Positions 27,028 through 38,037 are shown, counted from the stretch's first letter. The stretch is 64,000 nt of DNA from an uncultured Gemmatimonadales bacterium (GCA_963798845.1 CAWCUS010000002.1:834058-898057), one strand, 5' to 3'. Program-made: numbers and translations. Notes: generated by a model not told the origin, from the letters alone.

Positions 27028-28631
27028 AGGTCCTGCCGGCCCGGGGCGAGCGGGCCCTCCCGCTGCTCGCGGGGGCCCTCCTCGCCCTCTCGTACCCTCC
27101 GCTCCGGATCGTCGTCGCTCCCTTCATCGGACTCGTCCCCCTCCTCGTCTTCATCGCCGAGCGCCCGGACGGCGAGGGGGGGCGCTGGAGCGCCACGCGC
27201 GCGGGGCTCCTCACGGGGCTGGTCTACTTCGGGCTGCAGCTCTACTGGCTGGTGATCGCCCTCATCTACTACTCGATGCTGGCAATCCCGGCCTACATCG
27301 GGACCGTCCTCGTGCTCGCCGGGTTCACGGGCGGCTTCGCGTGGGCCGTCCATTACACCCGCGAGCGACTGCGCCTCCCCCTCGCGCTCGGCGCCGCCCT
27401 CTTCTGGCCGACTCTCGAATGGCTACAGGGGCATCTCAGTGACCTCTCCTTCCCCTGGCTCGGCCTCGGCACCGCCCTCGCCTACTTCCCACGCCTGGCC
27501 GGCGCCGCCGACCTGGTGGGCGCCCGCGGGCTCACCGTCTGGCTCGCCGCCGTCAACGGCGTCGTCGCCATGCTCGTGGTGCGCTATCGGGACGGGAAGC
27601 CAGTGCGCACCCTTGCCCTCGGGCTGCTCGTCCTCCTGGGCGCGCCGATCGCCTACGGCAGCTGGCGCGTGGCCACGCTGCCCATGAAGCCCGCGGCCCG
27701 TGTCGCCATCGTTCAGCCGGACATCCCGGAGGACCTGAAGATGGACCGGGAGCTGGCGCTCGACACGTCCATGACCATGCTCACCCGTCTCACCATGGCC
27801 GTGGCGGACTCCGGCGTGGACCTCGTGGCCTGGCCCGAGGTGGCCGTTCCCGACTTCGTCCCCTACCGGCCTCGCCTCATGCGCACCGTCGAGCGGCTCA
27901 GCGCGCGCGTCGGTGCGCCGATCGTCGTGGGCACGTACGGGCTCGACCGATACGGCGGCCGCGACGTCGTCTACAACTCCGCCATCGTGGTGGACTCCAC
28001 GGGCGAGAGCGGGCCGCGCTACGACAAGCAGTTCCTCGTCCCGTTCGTCGAGCGCGTGCCGTTCATCGACCCGGCATTGCTGGAGAGCATCGTGGGAAGC
28101 GTCCAGTACTTCGGGGGCCTCGGCCGCGGTCGCGGCGCCCCCACGTTCGCCGCGGCCAGTCGCTTCCGTTTCGGCGTCATGATCTGCTACGAGTCCATCT
28201 TCGCGCCCCTCGCCCGCCGCTACCGCCGCAACGGCGCCTCCTTCCTGGTGAACGTCACCAACGACGCCTGGTACGGACGACAGGAATGGTACGCACGCAC
28301 CACCGCCCTCTGGCAGCACCCCGCCCACATGAGCATGCGCGCCATCGAGACCCGCACCGGCGTGGCCCGCGCCGCGAACACCGGCATCTCCATGTTCATC
28401 GACCCCTTCGGCCGCAGCTACGAGCGCACTCCTCTGTTCCAGCCCGCCGTGCGCGTCGGCACCGTCTACACCACCGACGCCGTCACCCTGTTCGTCCGCT
28501 GGGGCGACTGGCTCGCCTCGCTCGCCGCCATCCTGGCGCTGGCCACCCTGATCGCCGCACGGGCCCGGCGCGGGATCGGGAGACGGGAGCCCTCGACCGC
28601 CGGGCGTCGACGGTCGACCGCAGACCGTTGA
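27024..28631 (+). CDS. lnt: Apolipoprotein N-acyltransferase
   Basis: TM N-terminal half with FPW; nitrilase triad WPE, YDKQFLVPFVE, ICYES; VTNDAWYG, RAANTGIS. Confidence 0.96.
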   Translation: MKVLPARGERALPLLAGALLALSYPPLRIVVAPFIGLVPLLVFIAERPDGEGGRWSATRAGLLTGLVYFGLQLYWLVIALIYYSMLAIPAYIGTVLVLAGFTGGFAWAVHYTRERLRLPLALGAALFWPTLEWLQGHLSDLSFPWLGLGTALAYFPRLAGAADLVGARGLTVWLAAVNGVVAMLVVRYRDGKPVRTLALGLLVLLGAPIAYGSWRVATLPMKPAARVAIVQPDIPEDLKMDRELALDTSMTMLTRLTMAVADSGVDLVAWPEVAVPDFVPYRPRLMRTVERLSARVGAPIVVGTYGLDRYGGRDVVYNSAIVVDSTGESGPRYDKQFLVPFVERVPFIDPALLESIVGSVQYFGGLGRGRGAPTFAAASRFRFGVMICYESIFAPLARRYRRNGASFLVNVTNDAWYGRQEWYARTTALWQHPAHMSMRAIETRTGVARAANTGISMFIDPFGRSYERTPLFQPAVRVGTVYTTDAVTLFVRWGDWLASLAAILALATLIAARARRGIGRREPSTAGRRRSTADR

Positions 28632-28706
28632 GCCCCTGGCCGTCGAGCGTTCGCGTCCGGACCCTCCCTCTCACGCGTCGGCGAACGAATCTCCCGGGTC
28701 GGGGGG

Positions 28707-28735
28707 TAGCAGGAGGGGGCCGGGGCGTTTATAAT
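28707..28735 (+). promoter_or_regulatory. Putative sigma70 promoter of rpmE
   Basis: TAGCAG, 17 nt, perfect TATAAT (28730-35), in GC-rich background. Confidence 0.6.
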
Positions 28736-28770
28736 CATCGGCTGGAACACAAAGGAACGGAGCAGCGACG

Positions 28771-29100
28771 ATGAAGCAGGGCATCCATCCGGAGTACAAG
28801 CAGGCGACTGTGCATTGCGCGTGCGGCAACTCCTTTGTCACGCGGAGCACCCAGGAGGACATCCACCTGGACGTGTGCTCGGTCTGCCACCCGTTCTTCA
28901 CCGGCAAGCAGCGTCTGATGGACACTGCGGGCCGGGTGGAACGGTTCCGCCGCAAGTGGGGCAGTGGCGAGCAGGCGAAGGGGAAGAAGGCGCAGGGTAC
29001 GGCCGCGGAGGGGGCGGAGGCGGAGGCGAAGCAGGATGCCGCTGCGAACGCCACGGCGGCCGCGGAGCCGAAGGGTGGCGCGGAAGCCGACGCGGTCTGA
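28771..29100 (+). CDS. rpmE: 50S ribosomal protein L31, zinc-binding type, with C-terminal tail
   Basis: [34 protein letters not shown]. Confidence 0.97.
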   Translation: MKQGIHPEYKQATVHCACGNSFVTRSTQEDIHLDVCSVCHPFFTGKQRLMDTAGRVERFRRKWGSGEQAKGKKAQGTAAEGAEAEAKQDAAANATAAAEPKGGAEADAV

Positions 29101-29157
29101 CGCGCGACGGCGGAAAGCCCCCGGGGTGTTCACCGGCGGGGGGAGCAGGCTCACGAG

Positions 29158-29182
29158 GAGCCGGGCGAGTCCCGGCTCTTTT
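29158..29182 (+). terminator. Intrinsic terminator-like hairpin between rpmE and prfA
   Basis: GAGCCGGG-CGAGT-CCCGGCTC followed by TTTT. Confidence 0.65.
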
Positions 29183-29193
29183 CGCATGAGTGT

Positions 29194-30266
<1,073 letters not shown>

Positions 30267-30270
<4 letters not shown>

Positions 30271-31193
30271 GCGACTCGCCGCCTCGTCCGCTGGAGCTGG
30301 CCCGGCTCGCCGCACGGCACCTGGCCGAGCGGGGTGTGGAGGATGCTCGCCTCGACGCGGAGCTTCTCCTGGCCCACGTGCTCGGCGTACGGCGGCTCGA
30401 CCTGTATCTCCAGTTCGAGCGGCCGCTCGGGGCCGCGGAGGTGGACGCGTACCGGGACGCCGTTCGCCGGCGCGGGAAGCGCGAGCCGCTCCAGTACATC
30501 ACCGGGCAGGCTGCCTTCCGGGAGCTGACGCTTGCGGTGGACCCGCGGGTGCTGATCCCGCGGCCGGAGACGGAGGCGCTGGTGAGCGCCGTCCGGCGCG
30601 TCGCGCTCGGAGGCGGACCCGGTCGAATCGCGCACGCGGGCGCGGACGCGATCGCGGGCGTGCGCCCGCCCCGGGCTACGGGGACCATGGCCCTGGACAT
30701 CGGGACGGGCTCAGGGGCGATCATCCTGAGCCTGCTGGTGGAAGGTGTGGTGGAACGCGGCGTGGCCACGGACGTGTCGGCCGGCGCGCTGGCGGTGGCG
30801 GCGGCGAACGCGGAGCGGGCGGGCCTTGCGGGGCGCGTGGAATTCCGACACGGCTCGCTGTGGGAACCCATTGGCCCGGGCGAGCGGTTCGACGTTATTG
30901 TGAGCAATCCCCCCTATGTGGGCGAGGCCGAGCGTGCCGCGCTCATGCCGGAAGTGCGGGAGCACGAGCCGGTGCAGGCACTGTTCGCGGACGAGCACGG
31001 TCTGGCGGTGGTTCGTGGAATCGTGCAGGGAGCGGCGGGACATCTGGTCGGCGGCGGGCTCCTTGCACTGGAGTTGGGGCTCGGTCAGGGGCCCACGGTG
31101 GCCGGCTGGCTCCGGGACGCGGGATTCCCGGACCCGGTGATCGAGAAGGACCTGACGGGCCGCGAGCGCTTCGTGCTGGCGGCGGTGGCATAG
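30267..31193 (+). CDS. prmC: Release factor glutamine methyltransferase
   Basis: [28 protein letters not shown]. Confidence 0.96.
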
Positions 31194-31216
31194 AGACGAG
31201 CGGAAGGCGGGTACGC

Positions 31217-31579
31217 ATGCACGAGGGGATGCTTGAGAAGGCGAAGGACGTGGGGAGGGCGCTGGGTCAGACCGAGGAATACAAGGCGCTGCAGCGGGCG
31301 AGGCAGCGGCTGAACGGGGATCGTGAGTCGGTGGAGCTTCTGAACCGACTGTCGCAGCTGGAGCATGAGATCACCAGTTCGCTGCAGCAGGGGCATCAGC
31401 CGGGTGAGGAGGCGCAGCAGGAGTACGAGCGGCTGGCGTCGGACCTCCAGTCCGGGTCGATCTACCAGGGGCTGGTGGCGGCGCAGTCGAACTTCGACAA
31501 GCTGCTACAGAAGGTGAACGAACAGATCGGCGAGGGGATCGAGGTCGGATCGAAGTCCAGCATCATCCTGCCTTCCTGA
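31217..31579 (+). CDS. YlbF/YmcA (Com_YlbF)-like helical protein
   Basis: 120 aa all-helical pattern (KAKDVGRALGQTEEYKAL...AQSNFDKLLQKVNEQI). Confidence 0.7.
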   Translation: MHEGMLEKAKDVGRALGQTEEYKALQRARQRLNGDRESVELLNRLSQLEHEITSSLQQGHQPGEEAQQEYERLASDLQSGSIYQGLVAAQSNFDKLLQKVNEQIGEGIEVGSKSSIILPS

Positions 31580-31589
31580 CCCACCCATC

Positions 31590-32249
31590 ATGCAGCTCGA
31601 GTCCCTGAGGGGGGGTGTCTACCGGATTCTCCGCCCGCTGACCGGCTGGCTGGCCGATCGGCGCGTGCATCCGAACCTGCTCACCACCGTCGGGTTCCTG
31701 GTGACCATGAGCTCGGCGCTGGCGTTCGACCAGCACATGGTGCGCACGGGCGGGTTCCTGGTGCTGCTGGGCGGCTTCTTCGACATCCTGGACGGCCGCG
31801 TGGCCCGGCTCACGGGTCTGGGCAGCAAGTTCGGCGCGTTCTACGACTCGACGCTGGACCGGATCAGCGAGATCGCCGTCTATCTCGGGCTGCTGTCGCT
31901 GTACAACGATTATCGGCTGGAGCTGGGCGACGTGGGCATGATCTACCTGATCATGCTGGCCATGGCCGGCTCCCTCATGGTGAGCTACACCCGCGCGAGA
32001 GCGGAGGCGCTGGGACTGGACTGCCGAGTGGGGCTCATGCCTCGAGCCGAGCGCGTGGTTCTGATCGGCGCGGCATCCCTCTTCTTCGGCACCGCGTGGA
32101 GGGGGCTGGTGTTGAAGGGCGTCATCCTGGTGCTCGCACTGCTAACGAACATCACGGCAGTCCAGCGCATCGTCTGGGTCTATCAGCATGCCCGGGGCGT
32201 GCCGCTGGAACCGTCGTCGCAACCCGAAGAACGAGAGATTGAACGTTGA
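31590..32249 (+). CDS. CDP-alcohol phosphatidyltransferase, probable phosphatidylinositol-phosphate synthase
   Basis: PNLLT, DILDGRVAR...GAFYDSTLDR, SYTRARAEALG, RAER; coupled to ino1. Confidence 0.88.
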   Translation: MQLESLRGGVYRILRPLTGWLADRRVHPNLLTTVGFLVTMSSALAFDQHMVRTGGFLVLLGGFFDILDGRVARLTGLGSKFGAFYDSTLDRISEIAVYLGLLSLYNDYRLELGDVGMIYLIMLAMAGSLMVSYTRARAEALGLDCRVGLMPRAERVVLIGAASLFFGTAWRGLVLKGVILVLALLTNITAVQRIVWVYQHARGVPLEPSSQPEEREIER

Positions 32250-33559
32250 CCGCACCGATTGATATCCGACCGGCCGAGGGGAAGCTCGGCATCCTGGTCC
32301 CCGGCCTGGGTGCCGTGGCCACCACCTTCATCGCGGGCGTGGAGTCGATCCGCCAGGGACTCGCCGAGCCGTTCGGCTCGGTGACGCAGATGCAGACCAT
32401 CCGGTTGGGGAAGCGCACGGACGTACGCACGCCGAAGATCAAGGACTTCGTGCCTCTGGCCGGGCTGGACCAGCTGGTGTTCGGGGCGTGGGATCCGATC
32501 GCGGACGACGCCTACGAGAGCGCCATGGCCGCGCGCGTCCTGGACGAGCGGGACATCGAGCCCGTGGGCGAATTCCTCAAGACCGTGAAGCCCATGCCCG
32601 CGGTCTTCGACAAGGCGTACGTGAAGCGGCTGGACGGCCCCAACGTGAAGAGGGCGGCGAACAAGCTGGCGCTGGGCGAGCAGCTGCGCGAGGACATCCG
32701 TCGCTTCAAGGAAGAGAACGGCTGCGATCGGCTGGTCATGATCTGGTGCGGCTCGACGGAGGTCTACCTGAAGGCGGGCCCCGCGCACGCGACCATCGAG
32801 TCGTTCGAGCAGGCCATGCGGGACAACAATGACGCCATCGCCCCCTCCATGATCTACGCCTGGGCCGCGATCAGGGAGGGCGTCCCGTACGCGAACGGCG
32901 CTCCGAACCTGAGCGGCGACGTACCCGCGCTGATGGCGCTCGCGGAGGAGAACGGCGTCCCCGTGGCCGGAAAGGACTTCAAGACTGGGCAGACGCTGAT
33001 GAAGACCATCATCGCCCCGGGGCTGAAGGCGAGGATGCTGGGGCTGAGCGGCTGGTTCAGCACGAACATCCTGGGGAACCGGGACGGCGAAGTGCTGGAC
33101 GACCCGGAGTCGTTCAAGACGAAGGAGGAGTCGAAGCTCAGCGTGCTCCAGCACATTCTCCAGCCCGACATGTACCCGGAGCTCTACGCGGACTTCTACC
33201 ACAAGGTGCGGATCAACTACTATCCGCCGCGCGGCGACAACAAGGAAGGCTGGGACAACCTAGACATCTTCGGATGGCTGGGCTACCCGATGCAGATCAA
33301 GATCGACTTCCTGTGCCGCGACTCCATCCTGGCCGCTCCCATCGTGCTCGACCTGGCGCTGTTCATGGACCTGGCGGGGCGCGCGGGGATGGGTGGGATC
33401 CAGGAGTGGCTGAGCTTCTACTTCAAGAGCCCGATCCACGCCCCGGAGCTCTACCCGGAGCACGACCTGTTCATCCAGCACATGAAGCTGAAGAACACGC
33501 TGCGGCACATGATGGGGGAGGAGCAGATCACGCACCTGGGGATCGAGTACTACGAATAG
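32246..33559 (+). CDS. ino1: myo-Inositol-1(3)-phosphate synthase
   Basis: GLGAVATT, STE, ANGAPN, GKDFKTGQT, NILGNRDG, GDNKEGWD, RDSILAAP, SFYFKSP; TTG start in a TTGA overlap. Confidence 0.95.
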   Translation: MTAPIDIRPAEGKLGILVPGLGAVATTFIAGVESIRQGLAEPFGSVTQMQTIRLGKRTDVRTPKIKDFVPLAGLDQLVFGAWDPIADDAYESAMAARVLDERDIEPVGEFLKTVKPMPAVFDKAYVKRLDGPNVKRAANKLALGEQLREDIRRFKEENGCDRLVMIWCGSTEVYLKAGPAHATIESFEQAMRDNNDAIAPSMIYAWAAIREGVPYANGAPNLSGDVPALMALAEENGVPVAGKDFKTGQTLMKTIIAPGLKARMLGLSGWFSTNILGNRDGEVLDDPESFKTKEESKLSVLQHILQPDMYPELYADFYHKVRINYYPPRGDNKEGWDNLDIFGWLGYPMQIKIDFLCRDSILAAPIVLDLALFMDLAGRAGMGGIQEWLSFYFKSPIHAPELYPEHDLFIQHMKLKNTLRHMMGEEQITHLGIEYYE

Positions 33560-33633
33560 GGTGCGATGACTCGCCTGCCCACGGCGGGCGGCTTACGCGT
33601 CGGTCGGCCATGGAGGTCGAGAGAGGCTAGCGG

Positions 33634-34278
33634 ATGCAGGGCAGAGGCATCTTCATCGCCATCGAGGGACCCGAGGGCGCCGGCAAGACCACGCAGGTGC
33701 GGCTGCTGGCGTCGTGGCTGGTGGAGCGGGGGATCGAACCGCTGCTGACGCGGGAGCCCGGGGGTACCGGGGTGGCGGAATCGGCCAGGGAGATCCTGCT
33801 GCATTCCGATGCGCTGTCCCCGCGGACGGAGCTGCTCCTGATGCTGGCGGCCCGGTCGTCGCTGGTGGAGGAGCTGATCCGACCCGCGCTGGAGGCGGGG
33901 CGGGTGGTGGTGACGGACCGCTTCGCCCTGTCCACGATGGCGTACCAGGGGTATGGCCGTGAGCTCCCGCTACAGGAGGTGGCCGCGATGAACGCGTTCG
34001 CCACGGGCGCCCTGGAGCCGGACCTGACGGTGCTGCTGGACGTGGACGCGGCCACGGGGGTGGCGCGTCGCGCGTCGGAGGGGCGGGGCGCGGACCGGAT
34101 CGAGCGGGCGGGCGACGTATTCCACGACCGGGTGGTGGAGGCATACCATTTGCTCGCCCGGCGTGACGAGAGGATCGAGCGGGTGGACGGGATGGCGCCG
34201 CCGGAAGTGGTGCATCGGGCCGTGGTGTCGCTGCTCGCCGCGCGCTTCCCGGAAACCTTCGGCGGGGGCAAGGGTTAG
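33634..34278 (+). CDS. tmk: Thymidylate kinase
   Basis: FIAIEGPEGAGKTTQ, TREPGG, TDRF...AYQG. Confidence 0.96.
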   Translation: MQGRGIFIAIEGPEGAGKTTQVRLLASWLVERGIEPLLTREPGGTGVAESAREILLHSDALSPRTELLLMLAARSSLVEELIRPALEAGRVVVTDRFALSTMAYQGYGRELPLQEVAAMNAFATGALEPDLTVLLDVDAATGVARRASEGRGADRIERAGDVFHDRVVEAYHLLARRDERIERVDGMAPPEVVHRAVVSLLAARFPETFGGGKG

Positions 34279-34321
34279 AGATGCGTGTCGCACGGGCAGA
34301 GGCGAACGCTTCGGAGGACGG

Positions 34322-36019
34322 ATGAAGATCAAGCGCTCATTGGTGGCGCCTGTGGTGGTGGCCGTGATCGGCCTGACGACGGGCGGGTGGCTCCTCCAGC
34401 GGGGAGTGGATCCGGAGCAGAACGTGTACCTGCAGTCCCGCCTGCTCGGCGAGGTGGTGGACTACGTGTCCAAGCACTTCGTGGAGGAGAAGAATCCGGA
34501 CCAGCTCTACCACATGGCCATCGATGGCATGATGCAGGAGCTGGGCGATCCCCACTCGGTGTTCATGACGCCGGACGACTATGCCGATCTTCGGATGCAG
34601 ACGCACGGCGAGTACGGCGGCCTGGGCATCGAGATCGACATCCGAGACGGCTGGCTGACCGTGATCTCGCCGCTGCCGAACTCGCCTGCAGAGCGGGTGG
34701 GGCTGCAGGGAGGCGACCGGATCATCAAGGTCGAGGGGGAGAGCACGAAGGGGTGGACCACGGACAAGGCCGTGTCCGTGCTCCGCGGCCCGAAGGGATC
34801 GACCGTGCACATCGCGGTGGCTCGCCTGGGGATCGACGACCCCATCCCGTTCGACATCACGCGCGACGCGATCGAGATCTCTGCCGTCCCCGAAGCGTAC
34901 ATGCTGGACCCTCAGACCGGGTACGTCGAGCTGACCGTGTTCAGCGAGACGGCGACGGACAGCCTCCGCAACGCCATCAATCGCCTGCGGTCGCAGGGGG
35001 CGAAGTCGCTGGTGCTGGACATGCGTCGGAACAGCGGCGGCCTGCTCGATCAGGGGATCGGTGTGGCCGACCTGTTCCTGCCGCAGCGCCAGCTGGTGCT
35101 CGAAACGCGGGGCCGCACGCCGGACCAGAACCACGTGTTCCACGCCGCGCACCCGGACGAGTACGCGGGAATGAACGTGGCCGTGCTGATCGGGATGCGC
35201 AGCGCGTCCGCCACGGAGATCGTGGCCGGCGCGCTCCAGGACCATGACCGGGCGGTGCTGGTGGGGACCACGAGCTTCGGCAAGGGCTCGGTACAGACGC
35301 TCTACAACCTGCCGGGCAACAACATCCTGAAGCTGACCACGGCTCGCTGGTTCACGCCGTCGGGGCGGAGCATCCAGAAGCCGTACGGGATCGGGAGCAC
35401 GCCGGAGGCGGAGGCGGCCACGGCGCAGGAGGAGGACCGTGCGCCGGCGGGCGCGGCGAGGTCGGAGCCGCAGAAGGACTCCGCGAACGTCCCCGTGTAC
35501 CACACGGACTCGGGGCGGCAGGTGCTGGGCGGCGGTGGGATCACGCCGGACCTCCTGGTCCTGGACACCCTGACGGAGGGCGAGCAGGCGCTGGTGGAAG
35601 CGCTGGATGGGCACGTGAACGAGTTCAACAACGCGCTCTATGCCTACGCCGTGGACTACGCTCACGCGCATCCCGAGTTGAAGCCCGGGTTCGCGGTGAC
35701 GCCGGAGATGCTGGCCGGGTTCCACCAGGCGCTGGCGAAGCACGGCGTCGACGTGGACCCCAGCGTGTTCGAGCAGGCCGCACCGCTCATCTCGCACCGG
35801 CTGGCGAACGAGGTGAGCGTGAACCGGTTCGGGCGCGAGGAAGCGTGGAAGCGGCTGATGTCCGACGACCCGCAAGTGGCTGCCGCCGTGGACCTGCTGC
35901 ATGGCGCGGGCTCGAACGGGGACCTGTTCGCACAGCTGCCGGCGTACGCGCAGCGGAAGGGGCTGACCCTCGGCACGGACTACAAGGCGTCGTCCGACCC
36001 GCACGCGGGCATGCGCTGA
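34322..36019 (+). CDS. S41 family C-terminal processing protease
   Basis: N-terminal TM, DPHS, PDZ (GGLGI), DMRRNSGGLL, SASATEIVAGALQDHDRA, SFGKGSVQ. Confidence 0.94.
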   Translation: MKIKRSLVAPVVVAVIGLTTGGWLLQRGVDPEQNVYLQSRLLGEVVDYVSKHFVEEKNPDQLYHMAIDGMMQELGDPHSVFMTPDDYADLRMQTHGEYGGLGIEIDIRDGWLTVISPLPNSPAERVGLQGGDRIIKVEGESTKGWTTDKAVSVLRGPKGSTVHIAVARLGIDDPIPFDITRDAIEISAVPEAYMLDPQTGYVELTVFSETATDSLRNAINRLRSQGAKSLVLDMRRNSGGLLDQGIGVADLFLPQRQLVLETRGRTPDQNHVFHAAHPDEYAGMNVAVLIGMRSASATEIVAGALQDHDRAVLVGTTSFGKGSVQTLYNLPGNNILKLTTARWFTPSGRSIQKPYGIGSTPEAEAATAQEEDRAPAGAARSEPQKDSANVPVYHTDSGRQVLGGGGITPDLLVLDTLTEGEQALVEALDGHVNEFNNALYAYAVDYAHAHPELKPGFAVTPEMLAGFHQALAKHGVDVDPSVFEQAAPLISHRLANEVSVNRFGREEAWKRLMSDDPQVAAAVDLLHGAGSNGDLFAQLPAYAQRKGLTLGTDYKASSDPHAGMR

Positions 36020-36023
36020 CGCC

Positions 36024-36971
36024 TTGCCGCTCTCGGTCTGGCTGACGCTGGCCGGCTCCGGGCTGGTCATCGGCTTCCTTTCGGGGCTGGTCGGAATCGG
36101 AGGAGGGGTGCTCACCGTGCCCCTCCTCTATTTCGTGTACGGCCACCCTGGCTGGAGCGGTGTGGACGTCGCTCCCGAGCTGGAGGCGGTGGTGGCCCAC
36201 GCCACCAGTCTCCTGGTGATCGTCCCCACCGCGCTGGTCGGCACGTGGGCGTACCACCGCCGCGGCGCCGTGGCCTGGAAAGCGGCGCTTCCCATTGCTG
36301 CGGCCTCCGTCGCCGCCGCGCTGGCGGCCAGCCGGGCGGCGCCGCTCCTGCCCCAGGCAGCCCTGAAGGAGGCGTTCAGCGTGGTGCTCCTCGTTTCCGG
36401 GGCTCGCCTGCTGAGGCGAGCCGACGGGGCGGTCCGGGAGGAGAGCGAGACGCGGCCGCGGGACCTGCGGCCGGGCAACCTTCGGGGCGGAAGCGGTCTC
36501 GGCACGCGCAGGCGGAACAGGCGACCGTCGCCAGCCGACGGCGGGCCCGCCGCGTCCCGACTGCTTCTGGCATCGGTCGGCGGGGTCGGGGTGGGACTTC
36601 TGTCGGCTCTGCTCGGGGTAGGCGGGGGGATCGTCGCCATCCCGGTGCTGGTGCACGTGATGCGACTGGACCTGGGGAAGGTGGCCGCCACGTCCATCGG
36701 CGTGATCCTCTTCACTGCCGCGGCCGGCGTGCTCGGCTACGCCATGTCGGATCCCGGCGGCGCGGGCCTCCCAGCCGCAACGGTTGGCTACGTGAACTGG
36801 GGCGCGGCGCTGCCGATCATCGCGGGCTCCGTGGCCGCCGTCGGGATCGGCGCGCTGGTGAACCAGCGACTGCGAACGCCCACGCTGCGAGCGCTCTTCG
36901 CCGTGCTCTTCCTGGTGCTGGGTGTGGATCTGGCCGTGCGAAACGCGGCGGCGCTGCTACGCCTCTTCTGA
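36024..36971 (+). CDS. Sulfite exporter TauE/SafE family protein
   Basis: Two repeats, SGLVGIGGG and SALLGVGGG, with A(H/A)ATS motifs; TTG start. Confidence 0.88.
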   Translation: MPLSVWLTLAGSGLVIGFLSGLVGIGGGVLTVPLLYFVYGHPGWSGVDVAPELEAVVAHATSLLVIVPTALVGTWAYHRRGAVAWKAALPIAAASVAAALAASRAAPLLPQAALKEAFSVVLLVSGARLLRRADGAVREESETRPRDLRPGNLRGGSGLGTRRRNRRPSPADGGPAASRLLLASVGGVGVGLLSALLGVGGGIVAIPVLVHVMRLDLGKVAATSIGVILFTAAAGVLGYAMSDPGGAGLPAATVGYVNWGAALPIIAGSVAAVGIGALVNQRLRTPTLRALFAVLFLVLGVDLAVRNAAALLRLF

Positions 36972-37005
36972 GCCGGGACGCTGCGCGGAAGCCGGCGTTC
37001 GCGCG

Positions 37006-37034
37006 TTGGCCGGCTCGTGACGCCCGGGTATATT
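37006..37034 (+). promoter_or_regulatory. Putative promoter giving a leaderless DMT transcript
   Basis: TTGGCC, 17 nt, TATATT, 7 nt before ATG 37042; no SD. Confidence 0.5.
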
Positions 37035-37041
37035 GCGGCCC

Positions 37042-38037
37042 ATGACCGAGAAGGCGGCGGGGGCGGGAGGCCCCGAACGCACCCGGGCAGGGCTGGCGCC
37101 CTCGCCCGGGTTCGTACTGCTCGTGGCAGTCCTCGCCATGAGCTGGGGCGGCCCGCTCGTCCGGTACACCACGGCCCCGCCGCTGGCCGTGGCCGCGTGG
37201 CGGGTGACGCTCTCGGTCCTCTTCATCGCCATCGTGGTGGCGGTGAGGGACCGCGGTCGGATCGTGCGCTCGCTGAGCGCGCGCGACTGGGCAGCCGCGG
37301 TGTCCGCGGGCGCGTTCCTGGCCGGCCATTTCTGGACCTGGATCGCATCGCTGAGCTACACCACGGTGGCGAGCTCTGTGGTGCTGGTGAACACGCAGCC
37401 GGTGTTCGTCGCGCTCCTCAGCGCGCTGTTCCTCCGCGAGCGGCCGGTGGCCAGGCAGTGGGCGGGCATCATGGTGGCCGTGCTCGGCGCGGCCGTGATC
37501 GGCTGGGGCGATTTCCGGGGCGGACCTGCGCCGCTGCTGGGCGACCTGCTTGCCGTGGCCGGCGCGGTCTTCGTGTCCGCGTACTACGTCATCGGCCGGC
37601 AGCTGCGGCAGCGGCTGGATCTGTGGAGCTACATCGCCGTGGTGTACGGCGCCGCGGCGGCGATCCTGATGGTGTCGGTGGCCGTGCACCCGGGAGTGGC
37701 CGTGTCCGGCTACGCAGGCCGAGACTGGCTGGTGTTCCTGGCGCTCGCGGCGGGTCCCATGATGGTCGGGCACACGGGCGCGAACTACGCGCTGCGGTAC
37801 GTGCGAGCCTACGTGGCCAACCTGGCGCTCCTGGGCGAGCCGATCGGAGCCACGCTCCTGGCCTGGTGGCTGCCCGGGATCGGCGAGCCGCCGAGCCGGC
37901 AGCTGGTGCTCGGGGGCGCGCTCGTGCTGGCCGGCATCGCGCTGGCGGTAAACCGGCGCGTGTGGACAGGCGGTCGGCGCGATGCGCCATGGGCGGAGCG
38001 AGGGAAGCGCGGCACAATGGGAGCGGGAGATGGATGA
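37042..38037 (+). CDS. DMT/EamA family transporter
   Basis: Ten TM segments in two EamA repeats; HFWTWIASL, TQPVF, GEPIGA. Confidence 0.9.
   Translation: MTEKAAGAGGPERTRAGLAPSPGFVLLVAVLAMSWGGPLVRYTTAPPLAVAAWRVTLSVLFIAIVVAVRDRGRIVRSLSARDWAAAVSAGAFLAGHFWTWIASLSYTTVASSVVLVNTQPVFVALLSALFLRERPVARQWAGIMVAVLGAAVIGWGDFRGGPAPLLGDLLAVAGAVFVSAYYVIGRQLRQRLDLWSYIAVVYGAAAAILMVSVAVHPGVAVSGYAGRDWLVFLALAAGPMMVGHTGANYALRYVRAYVANLALLGEPIGATLLAWWLPGIGEPPSRQLVLGGALVLAGIALAVNRRVWTGGRRDAPWAERGKRGTMGAGDG

Noticed and set aside
29098..29145. UGA plus hairpin as a selenocysteine SECIS
   Set aside because: The UGA ends a low-complexity tail, does not align with a catalytic Cys, and the hairpin has no recognisable SECIS features.
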